A stretch of DNA of 52,923 nucleotides, filler included, from Catajapyx aquilonaris (Eukaryota): the NCBI GenBank assembly GCA_000934665.2. It is 2 parts of 2 records of this genome, joined end to end, with 100 filler letters (N's around TTAATTAATTAA, not from the genome) between each part and the next. Parts side by side here need not be neighbours in the genome. Positions count along the whole stretch, not along the records: positions 1 to 26,403 come from JYFJ02005213.1; positions 26,504 to 52,923 come from JYFJ02005214.1. One strand, written 5' to 3'. Below the pieces are notes generated by a model. That model was not told where the DNA came from. It saw only the letters and a list, made by a program, of their open reading frames with translations, and ran no database searches. This document shows positions 17,775 through 30,059 of the stretch, piece by piece. Every line of letters begins with the position of its first letter. The first letter of the stretch is position 1. The position numbers and the translations under genes were made by a program.

Positions 17775-18221
17775 CTACCAACCCTGAGTGTTATACTTGC
17801 GTCCAACCTTCCTCTGCATCAACTCTTGATCGGAGCCACGCTCTGAAGCTTCTGTGGAATCGTAAGGGATCTCCCTCTCCCCCATCCCGCTGATGTACCG
17901 ATTTCGTGGATGCAAATTACTTGACCCAACCCAGAGAAGGTCGCTAGGCAGCAACTGCGTGCGGAGGATCCTATTTATCTCCTCGATGGACTGATGTGGA
18001 AAAGGATGCAATTCCGCAGGGGATTTGGCGCCCAGTAGTGGCTGCTGGGACTGCTTAACTACAGCATAGGGAATCCAGTGCTGGTTCTGGTCATGACTTT
18101 TTCCAGGTTTGGCTGGAATTGCTGGCCAGGATTGGGCTGCACCAACCAAGAAAAAGCACAGCATCCAGAGAGAGAGCCTGCAGGATACAACTTCCCTCAT
18201 GGCTGCCTGGCCTGTCACCAT
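17775..18221 (-). CDS. Secreted protein, possible peptide-hormone precursor (141-148 aa)
   Basis: Signal-peptide-like MREVVSCRLSLWMLCFFLVGAAQS-WP; basic pairs near the C-terminus (QRKVGRKYNTQGW*). TATA-like TTTTATATAAAA at ~18449-18460 and a 5'UTR intron (donor at 18381, acceptor ~18235). Confidence 0.6.
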   Translation of the reverse strand: MVTGQAAMREVVSCRLSLWMLCFFLVGAAQSWPAIPAKPGKSHDQNQHWIPYAVVKQSQQPLLGAKSPAELHPFPHQSIEEINRILRTQLLPSDLLWVGSSNLHPRNRYISGMGEREIPYDSTEASERGSDQELMQRKVGRKYNTQGW

Positions 18222-19522
18222 TCTAGTTACCTGCCTGCATCAATATTTCATGTTAGAATGTCACAGAGAGAGGATTCATAATTACATGTTGGCTAACGAA
18301 TTTTTTTTTGAAAACCATAAATGTAAATTTTATGGGCTGTCAGTTGCAGTTACAAAATTCAAATGTAATAGAGTTGGTTACCTTATTTTTAAGCGATGTG
18401 CCATCCACACTTGTCAGCCAGAAACAGGGAAGAATGGACCAGGGCTGCTTTTATATAAAAGGGAGTTGAAGGGAGAGGGGAGGGTTTGGGGCTTTTGAAG
18501 AGGGGAGAATAATATAATAGGGGGAAGGGGAGGGGGAGCTCAAGGGTGGGTAGCAACAGCCATATGGTCGTCCTCCCCTCCCACTGGATGTGTGGGTACA
18601 GCGAGATATTGGTGGACAGTGATTGGAAACTGCGCTTTATTACTTCATCTCCCAAGATGAGTTTTTTTGTGTATCCCTGGTAACTGACTTCTCATTTGGT
18701 CCTTTGGGAATTTCAGAAACTCAATTAGTGTCCAGCATGCTTCTTACTACATTCTTCAATATCTGGGTTCCCTCTTCCTAACATTTCATTTCATAGGTAT
18801 AAGGCTCCCTGATATTACACAGGAGAGCATTTTCAGAAGGCCATATAATAACTCTGGTTATAGCTATTGAAATCAAATTCCAGTTCACAATGTTGTTATA
18901 GGTTGGTTGTATGAACAAACGTTGAGCAAACTACAGAATTGGTTTCCATTTATACTTTAACTATTTCTAAGGCGAATGATTCATAGTTTGCTTTAACGTT
19001 CTTTGATACAATCAGTCTGCAATGTGATATAAATAACTGCTCATCCTCTTTCTTATGTAATTGTAATGTGTCATTTTTTTTCCGGTTTGTACAGTGTGAC
19101 TGCATTAGACGTTAAGCAACACAGGATATGCCAAAATCCCATGAGTGGTGTGCAAACACTGCTTCTGTACCTTTATCTTTTTAAATGTGATTTCAAGGTT
19201 TACATCCTACTGGCCTGTGACGTGCATGATTCCTAAGGCAAGGGCATATATTTAAAACCTCTAAAACGCACCAAAATTTATAGTCTCAGTGGTGATATGT
19301 AGAGCTAGCAAATAGGTATTGCATCTTGCTAAAAGTTGCAATATATTAAAGATGTTAAAAAAAAGTTATCATGGCCATGCATATTGTTATTGTATGACAC
19401 TGTCATAATACAGTATATTCTGAAAGCTGCATGTACAGTCCGTCCTGAGCATAAAGTTGGACACAGCAGGCCCTCCCTTCGGCAGGGTGCTCTTCCAATC
19501 CCCGCCATTATGGTATCAAATA

Positions 19523-20111
19523 CAGTAAAACTTCTATAAGTCAAACTTCCCTAAGTCGAAGTTCTCTATGTCGAAGAAAATGATGAGCTCGGTTGGTCAC
19601 AATGTAAAATAATAGGAAATAAACTTCCCTAACTCGAATTTCTATAACTCGAAGTTCTCCATAGCTCAAAGTGTTGGCAGGGCCTTACAATGGGATATCA
19701 ATGCATTTTCAGTCCTCCTAATTCGAAGTTCACGTTGGCGAGTACTGAAAATTTTCTCATTGCCCAACAGAAGGGTCGAGAGTAGGCCACATGCACAGAA
19801 AGGCTCAATTTCCTGATCTCCGTCTACCAGACGAACTGAAGGAAGGGTTTGACTCGATTGTGACAATTGAATGCTTGAATCTAAGAGTAGGAAAACGTCC
19901 ATAACAGAGTTTTTTTTTTTTTACAACAAAACAACAACGAACATTGTAAGTGTGATAGTGACAGTTATTTTTAAGTTGTGTACACCTGGATATAAAGGTA
20001 GGCTTCCTTATAGAGTTATGTACTTTAAAAAATCCAAACTTTTCTAACTCAAATTCTAACTGGAAGTTTTTTTCCGGTCCCATGGAGATTTGACTTATAG
20101 AAGATTTACTG
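19523..20111. mobile_element. Tc1/mariner/pogo-type MITE
   Basis: TIRs CAGTAAAACTTCTATAAGTCAAA / TTTGACTTATAGAAGATTTACTG flanked by TA on both sides; no transposase ORF. Confidence 0.85.
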
Positions 20112-20595
20112 TATACAGTTATAAATACATGAACACATGTCTAAAGCAGCTAACTGGGTCCAAAAAGAGTCCATTAATTTGAGTCGGATAAGGGAAGGTC
20201 AGAGAAGGCCTGCAGCTTCTCTAACTTTATGCTCGGGACTGTACATGATAGCATATCCACGCGTCGATTGGAGAAGTCATGAGTCAAGCTCATATGAAAG
20301 CTTCACTCTCCTGAATGAACAGGAAAAAATAAGTAAAAACAACAGCCTAATGTCTACCTTGCCTCAACAGCCACAGAATATCAACAATTTACTAGTTTTT
20401 TCCTGGAATTATTTTGCATAGTGGTTACTTACAGTTAGATGCAAAAAAATATATTACAACACAGTTTACGATACATGATAATGACCTTCTGTGTCGTTAT
20501 TTGTCTACAAATTACTAAAGCAGTAGGATACTTCCTCATACCATCATATTAGTTCTCATAATTTCAAATGCTGCACTTGTGAATATTCGGGAGAT

Positions 20596-20854
20596 ATAAT
20601 GGATACCCTCTGACAGGCCTCCTTGGGCCTCTTACGGGATCATCTTTTAATTGACAGACGTTAATCATTGCCTGCGCTGTGATAGATTTTTATTGTGGGA
20701 GGAAATGGGAGAACCCCGAGAAAACCCACGCGAACACGGAGATAACCCATCGAAACTCTATCCACATTAGTATCCTCCGTCCGACCCGGGGATTGAACTC
20801 GGGACCTTAGAGGTGGAAGGCTGCGGCACTAACCACTCGGCCACCGTGTTGCCC
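20596..20854 (-). mobile_element. tRNA-derived SINE (family 1, copy 1)
   Basis: Reverse strand reads GGGCAACACGGTGGCCGAGTGGTTAG (A box)...GAGTTCAATCC (B box), then GCGTGGGTTTTCTCGGGGTTCTCCCATTTCCTCCCAC resembling the V-SINE central domain. Closely similar copy at 32622-32895. Confidence 0.85.
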
Positions 20855-21440
20855 TACATATGGAAGATATTCAATATCTGTTAGCTGATATGAAAGACGT
20901 CACATCCCAAGAATTAAGATTATATTCTTTCCTGAATGGTCGCAATGCATCCTGTTACTGCTGCAACGCAACCATTTCCTTCCGTTCATTATTAGAGATA
21001 TGAGCCGCAGGTCAAGAATCTGAATAGCCGTATTCTTTCCTAGTAGTAGTAGAAGCCAATATAATACCGTGTGCTGAAAAACAGGATAAATTAATTCAAC
21101 ACATTATTGTCATCCTAATTTTAATGTCCTAATTTCATCCATGCTGGCATGTAAAATGATGAATAAATGTTTGTATAAATGCTTCACCTCTTTCAGTCAC
21201 ATCTGGTATTTAAAGTGTTATTGTCACATGTAACAGATTTGTGAGATTTCATGCTAAATAATGCAACATTACATGTACGTACTTATATATCAATATGACG
21301 TAGTTAAACACCTAATGTGCATCACAGGAACTTCCTTTCTCAGTGCTCCACTGGCCCAGATATAATCTGGAGCTAAGCTACCCAACTTTTCCTGTTCAGC
21401 GGTTAGCCTTGCAGGAGCCAGTTGCCAGACCTTATCCACA

Positions 21441-23311
21441 ATGGTTAACAAACGATGCCTCTACAGTAAGTCTTTGCCTGAATTTTTCATAAGGACAAGC
21501 TGTCAAACTAATTATATTTTCTTTCAGCCATCTATGCGTTAGGCTTTGTTGCATTAATTACGACCATTGTAGTGACTGTAACCCTTGGACGATATAAACC
21601 ACCAGCTATGGAAAAGATAACTCGGCAAGGGAATCTCAAACTTTACCCAAACATTCTGACTTTGGATCAACAGGAGTCAGAGGAGTACCGGAAAGCTGTT
21701 GCAAACATGCTACAAGGTAGGTCCAAGTAATACACAACATGCAATATATCCACCACTAACTCATTAAATACTTCAGGATACAATTACCAGAGCCCATATA
21801 GCGTCCTATGCATGGATGGTGTGAGGCCTCCAGGCAATCATTCCTGCATCTTTGACCTCTCGGTCCTTGGAGAGTGTTCTAATCCCTCATCTGCATATGG
21901 GTTTTTGAGAGGCTCTCCGTGTTTATACCTGAGCTTGTCTGAGACTGGGACTTGGATTCCAAAAGATGACAAAAGTGCAACAGATGATCAGATCCAGATT
22001 AGAACAAAGTGTATAGCAACATACATCACATCCGGGTCTGCATTCACTCGCCATGTTGAAGCACCTGTAAAACCTCTGCAAGGATTTCCACCGTAAGTTA
22101 ATCTATTGGCATTATGGCTTTGCTTCCGAAGCAAATGCAATCCTTCGCCCTTGTTACCATGCTATGCTTTAAAATAACTAATAATTGACTTCCTCATATC
22201 GAATTTTTGTTGCAGACACTTTTTCCCAGAAGGATTACTAGGATATCAGCCTCCATTAGCTGCAATTCAACTTGACAGCCTGTGGGAAAAATTATCAGAT
22301 GATGGGTGTGTGGAAGTAAGGTGTATCATAGGAGGCGGGAATGCATATCTTCTTGCAAATAGGATTGCAACAATCCGACTTTCAACCAGAAATGGACTCA
22401 GATGCGATGGTTGGCTTTTAGTGTAACAAATTGCATTTTTATAATTCTTCACCTATATTATTAACCTTTTTCTCATATATTTAGAGCAAGGTCATCCTAT
22501 TGCGGAGACTGAGATTTTGGGATCCACCCTGCCACCTGATGAAAGGGAGGAGCATGAGCAACTCGTAACTACTGAAGGTCATACACACGACAATACTACT
22601 GACAGTGAGATGGAAAAGCTGACCACAGATTTCTCAAGTTCAGTAACAACAGCAGGAGATGGAATTGAGCAAGGAAGTTCCACCACCGAGTCACTAACAA
22701 CTGTGACAGATGTAGACAATACTACTGAAAGTGAGATGGAAAAGCTGACCACAGATTTCTCAAGTTCAGTAACAACAGCAGGAGATGGAATTGAGCAAGG
22801 AAGTTCCACCACCGAGTCACTAACAACTGTGACAGATGTAGACAATACTACTGAAAGTGAGATGGAAAAGCTGACCACAGATTTCTCAAGTTCAGTAACA
22901 ACAACAGGAGATGGAATTGAGCAAGGAAGTTCCACCACCGAGTCACTAACAACTGTGACAGATGTAGATAAATCCATGGATCAAGATTTCTTCACAGACA
23001 AATCCACACTCCCTGCTGATAATACTACACCAGTTCAAAATAATAATCTAGAAATCACAACACAATTATATGGAAATGAGACTGCTTCCACAGAACAAAC
23101 AGAAGACTCTCAAACATTAGATGTTACTGTGCCATTTGAAACTAGTCAGAGCACTACAGAACAAAGCTCTTCAACACCTGCTTCAGGAGAAGTGGGATCA
23201 GAATCTGCCTCGACATCTGAAGAATGGGAATCAACAACGGCAACAACCACTTCTTCAGAAGATGACATAAGTATTACCATGACTGTTATCCCATTCTTTG
23301 AAATAGCATAA
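21441..23311 (+). CDS. Divergent Na+/K+-ATPase beta-subunit-like type II membrane protein with C-terminal Ser/Thr-rich mucin-like tail, ~516 aa
   Basis: Exons 21441-21465, 21528-21716, 21777-22092, 22216-22409, 22485-23311, phase-consistent. N-terminal TM (IYALGFVALITTIVVTVTL); beta-subunit motifs CIFDLSVLGECS...YGFLRGSPCLYL...WIP and GFPPHFFP...GYQPPLAAIQL...VEVRC. Confidence 0.8.
22589..22966 (+). repeat. Coding tandem repeat, 3 x 126 bp (42 aa)
   Basis: Units start at 22589, 22715 and 22841: DNTT(D/E)SEMEKLTTDFSSSVTT(A/T)GDGIEQGSSTTESLTTVTDV, nearly identical. Confidence 0.95.
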
Positions 23312-23419
23312 TGTGGTATAATGGCAACAATAACAAGTTATGCAGTAAAAACAGTATTGTTTAATGTGTGGTGATTTTGTACATGGCCATATAATGACTG
23401 AACACCGTATGTCTGCACA

Positions 23420-25477
23420 TTATTTTTTCTCAACTGCGCCTCCTTTAGCAGCCCAATCATTGAAGGAGCCTTGGTAGATCCTGAAAAGAATTTGCCCCAA
23501 GTAGTGTTATCATCCCCTAGAATGCTTTGCACTATGAATTGGACTTACTTCACTTTCTTGTAGCCTTGTTTCTCTACCGTCTCGCATGCTTGGCCTGCCC
23601 TTTTCCCTGATCTGCATGACATGGCTAGATTTTCAGAGGCCGGGTCAGGTTTATCAAACCCATAGCGTGTCTTGAAGTCGTTGTTGGGAAGCTTGAAAGC
23701 ACCTTCGACTTCTCCCACTGTGGAACAATCAAATATACAATCATATGCCAGGCTACCAGATGTACCCGAATATCATCATGCTCAGGAATGGTAAACGAGG
23801 ATTAAAAGATGCTGGGGAAATGAAAAATATACATATTCAGACAATGTAAGCATATACCAAAATGGATGTAAAAAGCACTGATAGATTCCCAGGCCTGGTT
23901 CAAGGCAGAAAAAACATATGACAAACTCCCCTATAACTGTCCCTGGTCATCATGATCTACCATCATAAAACTAGGTAACAGTGACCTCAAAATGGACCGG
24001 AGAGTCAGGAAGACATACATGCAGAACTATTTTTTGCAATAGATGCAGATTCTCACATGGAATATGGCGGGCCTTTGGTATTTTTCCATCTGACGTTAGC
24101 TCAGCTGCCTCACGGACATCGATGAGGGTCAAGGTTCCAGCTTCAAGTCCTTTCTTCACCTCTTCGAATTGGAGAACTGTTGAAAGTAAAAACTGTAATA
24201 CACTTCCTTTCTTGTAGGTGGGTTGCAGAAAGTACTAATTGTACAAAAAAAGACTAGTCTTCTCTAGAATGTTGTCAGTAGATATATACGAGGCGCATCC
24301 AGAAAGTAAGTTCCATTTTTAAATTAGAAAAACCACAATGCACCCCCAGAATTTTTATTTACACAACAGAAATAGACAACTGTCTACTTTTTTTTCATAT
24401 GCTGCTACATTTCTTTAACCCAAAGGTTTATTGTGAGACATTACAGAGGTTCAGGATGGCAATTCACAAGAAATGTATCAGTATATTGAGTTTCGGGGTG
24501 TTTTCTTGCACGACAATGCCCCCCTGCGTATTGCCTTGCTTACTGGAACCCTGCCTCAACAATTCAAGTAAGAATGTTTTGATCACCTGGGATTTAGAGC
24601 CTAGTGATTACCACCTGTCCATGGACAGGGAGAAATGGTTTGCAAATCACAAGGTTGACGATCACGAGGGGTTGCAATCCAGCTTTCAGGGATCGCAGAA
24701 ATGGCTGGTAGCAGACTTCTACGACATAGGCTTATTACAAAATATTGTGTACCGGTAACTCAATGAAAAATGCCCCAATTTGGCTGGAAACTATTTTGAA
24801 AAAAAAAAGTAGACAGTTGTCGATTCCTGTTGTGTAAATAAAAATTCTGGGGGTGCATTGTGGTTTTTCTAATAATAATAAAAAAAAACGGAACTTACTG
24901 TCTGGATGGCCCTTGCAAATTCAATTTAGGTAAATGTGATATTTAAAAAACCATAAGCTCAAAATGTAAAACAAAGTACTAATTCATCATTTCTTTCATG
25001 CAAGCTCAAGTGCACATGCTCAGAGAAAAGCACACTTATAAAAGGGTACTTCTGCTGACATGGCTGCTGTAAAAGCATGGATGTTCATATCAATCCATTG
25101 TTGGAGAAAGCAAGGTTTTTCAAAAGAATCAGACAAGGTAGTAGCAACTTTGATGAGTAGCTCCAGTGCAGTGTCAATAACTGCCCCTAACCACAGCTAG
25201 TAACTCCCTTTGACATGTAACCATCTGTAATGTGTAACTAGTATGCTAGTATACACCTTAGTCAGAAGTTGATACTCCCTCAGAGATAGGTTAAACACTG
25301 AAACTGTTAGCATTTTCAAATAAATAATTCTCCTTGTGCATCTGTGATTGTGACTATAACCTGACTACAACCTGCATTTATGTAACATTTATGGTGACAA
25401 TTTAAGTAACTTAACTAAACTTAATCAGTTACGTTGCATTGTAATATTAACTCACAGGTTCCTGTTGTGAAACTCAT
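23420..25477 (-). CDS. Single-domain rhodanese / sulfurtransferase (CG4456/Hsp67Bb/TSTD-like), ~123 aa
   Basis: Exons 25477-25456, 24176-24057, 23717-23549, 23480-23420. Motifs LIDVRE..E...GKIPKARHIPL, YGFDKP, active-site CRSGKRA, IYQGSFNDW. The first exon is the least certain. Confidence 0.88.
24289..24915 (+). mobile_element. Internally deleted, decayed mariner element in rhodanese intron 1
   Basis: Long inverted ends (CGAGGCGCATCCAGAAAGTAAGTTCC...GGAACTTACTGTCTGGATGGCCCTTG, extending ~100 bp) with TA on the left. Frameshifted transposase remnants VFLHDNAP and DLEPSDYHL. Confidence 0.88.
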
Positions 25478-26017
25478 TTTAAAGGAAATGTTGCTGTCAG
25501 TGACTTTCCTTTCAACAACAGTTATCTGTAATGTAGTCTGATTCATGGATAGAGAGAAGCCGACCTCTTATCTGCAGTCAAGTGCTCTCCTACATGATTA
25601 AAACAGATAATTTCTTGCTATAATGAAAACTGGCTGTAGCAGTTCCTGGAAGCAGCAGTAACTTGGCTGCTACAGAAAATTTTGCATTTCCAGCAGCAAT
25701 ATTGGATGTTTTCTTTGAATGTTTGTCAGGTATAGCAGAATTTTCAGGCCCATTGGTAACAGAACCCTCAATAAAACAGAATTAACATTGTTAGTGTAAG
25801 CCACAACTAATCTGCATGTTTTGGTATTTCCGGATGGATTCATTTGGAGATTACTTCCCAGCATATTTGAGGGATAGATACTGCTTTTATTCGTCTGTAC
25901 AGAAAGTGGCAGTTTTCCCTAGTCCCACAGAGATTAGAATTATGGGAGTTCCACACTGTAGTCTGTTAGATAAGTTATCAGATAAAAGTTACGTAGAAGA
26001 GATGTATGGAAATTAGT

Positions 26018-26164
26018 GTATCATCAGTCCAAAAAGTATTGTCCCAGTCATCCTGATGTGTGTGCTGCCCGTTCGACACACACCATGTAACTTACATGGT
26101 GTGCGTCGAGCGGCCAGCCCACACATCAGGATGACTGGGACAGTTCTTTTTGGACTGTTGATAC
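26018..26164. repeat. Near-perfect ~147-bp palindrome (hairpin MITE-like)
   Basis: GTATCATCAGTCCAAAAAG...CCATGTAA-C-TTACATGG...CTTTTTGGACTGTTGATAC. Confidence 0.8.
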
Positions 26165-26403
26165 CTATTGAAACAATATAACTTGCAACCAGATATCGAT
26201 AGGCATAGTGGAAAGCTTTTTAAATGTAATTTCCTGCTAATATAAATAACAGCACATAAATCAGAGCACAGTCATAAGTTGGGGAGACTGAGACTTTCTG
26301 ATCTACCTTGCTACTCCCTGTTCTAACAACTGAAGGTGACCAGAAAGTTGAAGGAGCTGCCACAGACGAGTAACTGGTACCCATTGAAGGCAACTCATGT
26401 AAT

Positions 26404-26503
26404 NNNNNNNNNNNNNNNNNNNNNNNNNNNNNNNNNNNNNNNNNNNNTTAATTAATTAANNNNNNNNNNNNNNNNNNNNNNNNNNNNNNNNNNNNNNNNN
26501 NNN
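26404..26503. other. Assembly gap with artificial TTAATTAATTAA stop linker
   Basis: Two N runs enclosing TTAATTAATTAA, which contains stop codons in all six frames. Confidence 0.9.
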
Positions 26504-26774
26504 CTCCCCCCCCGCCTGCACCGAGACTTTTCGTTGGCTTCGTTTCTCCCAATAAGAATGCTCTTCCGCATAGTTCGGTGCACGGTTCAGTGAACTTAAC
26601 AGAATAGCGTGCCCTGCGCAGCCCAGTGTTCTTCTCATTCCTCTCCAGGTATAGTGTCAGTATCCCCCAGTCATCCAGTGAACTCCTCCGCACTTCTCAT
26701 TTCAGTATTCGTTCAGGAGGGATCCAGGTTGTCACGAGTTATCCGACAGGAGGTCATCAGTGCAACAGGTTGCC

Positions 26775-27243
26775 ATGGAGAGGGCCGCCCGTCATTCGCC
26801 CAACTCCTACGAGTTCCTGCGTAAATATTTCCTAGTTTCATTTCCACCTGACCAGACAACTTATGATCTTCTTTTCCGAACAGCTTTGGCAGTGATGGGA
26901 GGGATATTGTTTTTAATGTTCCTGGCGCTAGCAGCAGTCTTCTGGAAAGCCTGGATTCAGGAGAAGGAGCAGATCTACACCTACTTCAGCTGGCAGAACC
27001 TTTTCCGGTTCCGCATGTTCGCCTACCTGGCTATGCTTTGTAAGAAGAAGCCTGTGCCAGTCATCGCTGAAGATCAGGATTATTTCGGCATCCAAGTTCA
27101 GCCGTCCAAACCCTCTGTAAATATGATCAGCACATCCACCTGGCACAATTCGTGACTCCTTTTTCATTTGTCAATAGGTGTCTTACTCCGTCTTGATGGC
27201 CCAGGAGAATTTCCAACTCGAGAATGACGCCACAAGCGGCTAA
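26775..27243 (+). CDS. Small membrane protein family, paralogue A (114 aa)
   Basis: Exons 26775-26820, 26884-27116, 27178-27243 (intron phases 1, 0). TM LAVMGGILFLMFLALAAVFW; last exon begins VSYSVL; AATAAA at ~27309. Near-collinear with paralogue B. Confidence 0.8.
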
Positions 27244-28029
27244 CGACAAGCCTCTGGAACTCCTTTGTACTCATCAATGAGTTGTAATGGGTGCCATCCC
27301 ATGTCTGCAATAAAGCAGATTTCTGAGAGAAACTTACTTTGGATTTTCTTTCCCTCTATCTGTTTTTGCGCTTCATGAGTCAGATTTTCAGGCCATTTGT
27401 TTTCATTCCGGCAGCTAGCTACTCTGTGGTCCCGTGACTGATGGTTATAAGCAGGTATAAGATCAGTGCACATATTGGAGGTCGCGGAATAACTCTGTGG
27501 TATAGGTTCTGAATACGCCCCTTTCCCCCCAGGGATTGTGTGGGGACATTACGGATGTTCGTTGTATGTTTTTGGGTTGAAATATTGGTTTCTACTTTTG
27601 TTGAAGAAACTTTAAGCAGCCTTACTGTTTGCTTAACTAATTATTATTATTGAACCATGAAACAAGACCCCATTTGCTTAACTGGTCATTACTATGTTGA
27701 AATGGGCGATGTGAGTACTTAATAGATTCAGAGCCTGCATTTTTCACTCATGCAATATGGTGTGCCCGATCTGATTGTACATTCCCAATTGCAATTAAGT
27801 TACCGTTTTATTTAAACAGGTAATCATAATTTATAGGGCAAAGAGGGATGGGGGGCTGCTGCCATTATTATGATTGTGTTTCGCATGTTCAATCCTGACC
27901 CTGAATGCCAATTCGATGTCTTTCACTTTCAGGATATCTTGAGCATGGTATATGCAACAATAATAAGTTATTAATATCATACTTCGTACCATATTATCAT
28001 TACGCCACTATTAAGTGGAGTTTTCACTA

Positions 28030-29685
28030 TACTCCAGGTGGTAAGGGACAAATGGCCCAAACTTTGCATTTTGCGATAAAAGTAAGAAACTCGGTACACT
28101 CTTTCTTTGGACACTTTTGAGCATATCTGGACGTAGGGCCACGATCCCGCTGGATGTCAATTTAGCAGGGTTGCCATATTGAACAGGTGTAATAACCTAC
28201 CGTACCTCATCTACATGAATAGGGAGCTTGTATTCGGTTATAAAGACATGGACTAAATTGATCACATTTGGTCTTTGGACACTTCTGAGCATGTTCAGAC
28301 GTGGAGCCACGATGACTGACCCCGTTGTGGGTCAGTTTCGCCGGGTTGCCAAATCCAACAGACTGTGCAACATGCCTTTATAATATTATTTACATAGCGA
28401 GCTTGCATTCGGTGATAAAGACACGACGAAACTCGCCAAAATTGGTCTTCGGACATTTCTGAACATATCTGGACGTGAGGTCACGATGAGCGACCCCTAT
28501 TACGTGGTTACCATATTGAACAGGTGCAGCATACCTTTACATGAATACGGATCTTGCATTCAGTGATAAAAACACGCAACTAGCCATAATATTGGTCTTT
28601 GGACACTTCTGAACATGTGCAGATATGGGGCCACGATGACCGACCCCACTGGAGGTCACTATTGCAGGGTTGCCATATCCAACATATTGTTCAACATAGG
28701 TTTCTATTTGAATAGCGAGCTTGCATTCGGTGATAAAGACGTGAAACACGGTACACTAGCTCTTTCGACACTTATGAACATATCTGGACGTAGGGCCACG
28801 ATGAGCGACCCCGCTGGAGCTCCCTATTCAAATATAAAAGCGTGTTTCACAGTTTGTTAAATATGGAAACCCCGCGATAGTGATCTCCAGCGGGGTGGGC
28901 CATCGTGGCTCCACGTCCAGGTATGTTCAGAAATGTCCAAAGAACTAATGTACCCAGTTTCACGTCATTATCACCGAATCAAAGCTCCCCAATCAAATAT
29001 AAACGCCGTGATTGACCCACAGCTGGGGCGATCATTGTCGCCCCAATTGCAGACCTGTTCAGAAGTGTCCTAAGACCAATTGTGGAGAATGTCATGTTTT
29101 TATCACCAAAGGCAAGGTCCTTATTCACGTAAAGGTATGCTGCACCTGTTGGATTTGGCAACCTCGCGAAAGTGATCTCCAGCAGGGCCACCCATCGTGG
29201 CCCCACGTCCAAATATGCTCATAGGTGTCCAAAGAACTAGTGTAATTACCGATTTCACGTCTTTGTCACCTAATGCAAGCTCCCTATTTATATTGTCTAC
29301 GTATAGAGGTATGCGTCGGTCATCCATAGTGGCCCCACTTCCGGATATGCTCAGAAGTGTCCAAAGACCGATTGTGGCGAGTTTCATGTTTTTATCACTG
29401 AATACAAGGTCCTAGAGGATGCTGCATGTAACGGGAATCCCACGATGCAGGTAGGTTGATGAGGATCTCTTTCTGCCTCAAACAAAGTGACCGGGCCCAA
29501 ATGTCAAATAGGAAATCCTGTACACTGCACCTGGTAGATATGGAAACCCTGCGAAAGTGACCCCCGGCGGGGTCAGCCATCGTGGCCCCACGTCTAGATA
29601 TGCTCAGAAGTGTCCAAAGAACGAGTGTACCGAGTTTCATACTTTTATCAAAAATTCAAAGTTAAAACACTTAGCACCCGGACTA
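28030..29685. mobile_element. Foldback-like element with two inverted arms of ~150-175-bp tandem repeats
   Basis: About 5 direct units (TTTGGACACTTCTGAGCATATCTGGACGTGGGGCCACGATG...GGTGATAAAGAC) at 28060-28825 and about 5 reverse-complement units at 28860-29662. Outer ends TACTCCAGGTGGTAAG / CTTAGCACCCGGACTA are inverted. Confidence 0.8.
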
Positions 29686-30059
29686 CAACTATGCATGACA
29701 TAGCATCAACGAAGTGCAGGCGTTTTTCGTAAAACACTTTTAGGCCCGTATTCATAATGGACATTCTCAACCCGGGGTTGAGTAACCCCGGGTTGAGAGC
29801 GGGTTGGGGTTAACCCCGGGGTTGAGCCCGATCCGTATGCATAATGTCGAACATCCGCGAAGTTGAGTCGACTCCGCGTTCCAACCCCAGGGCTTACCAG
29901 GCTTGGAAACAGGCGTCCATTTCGTGACGTCACACTACCCAATACGGTACCGTATCGGACGCGACGCTAGCACTCTCACGCGGACGGATCGCGAAACGGC
30001 CCTGTGCTTGGCAAATGAGTGAAAATAACTGATGTCTAACTTACTATTTAATTTCGAAC

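Noticed and set aside
20770..20854. tRNA-like A/B boxes here and at ~32850, ~37920 and ~51150 as tRNA genes
   Set aside because: They continue into shared SINE bodies, one with TSD and tail, and do not form a clean cloverleaf.
26448..26459. TTAATTAATTAA palindrome between N runs
   Set aside because: Scaffolding linker, not biological sequence.
28060..29662. Regular repeats as a possible CRISPR array
   Set aside because: Eukaryotic context; long diverged monomers without unique spacers; no cas genes.
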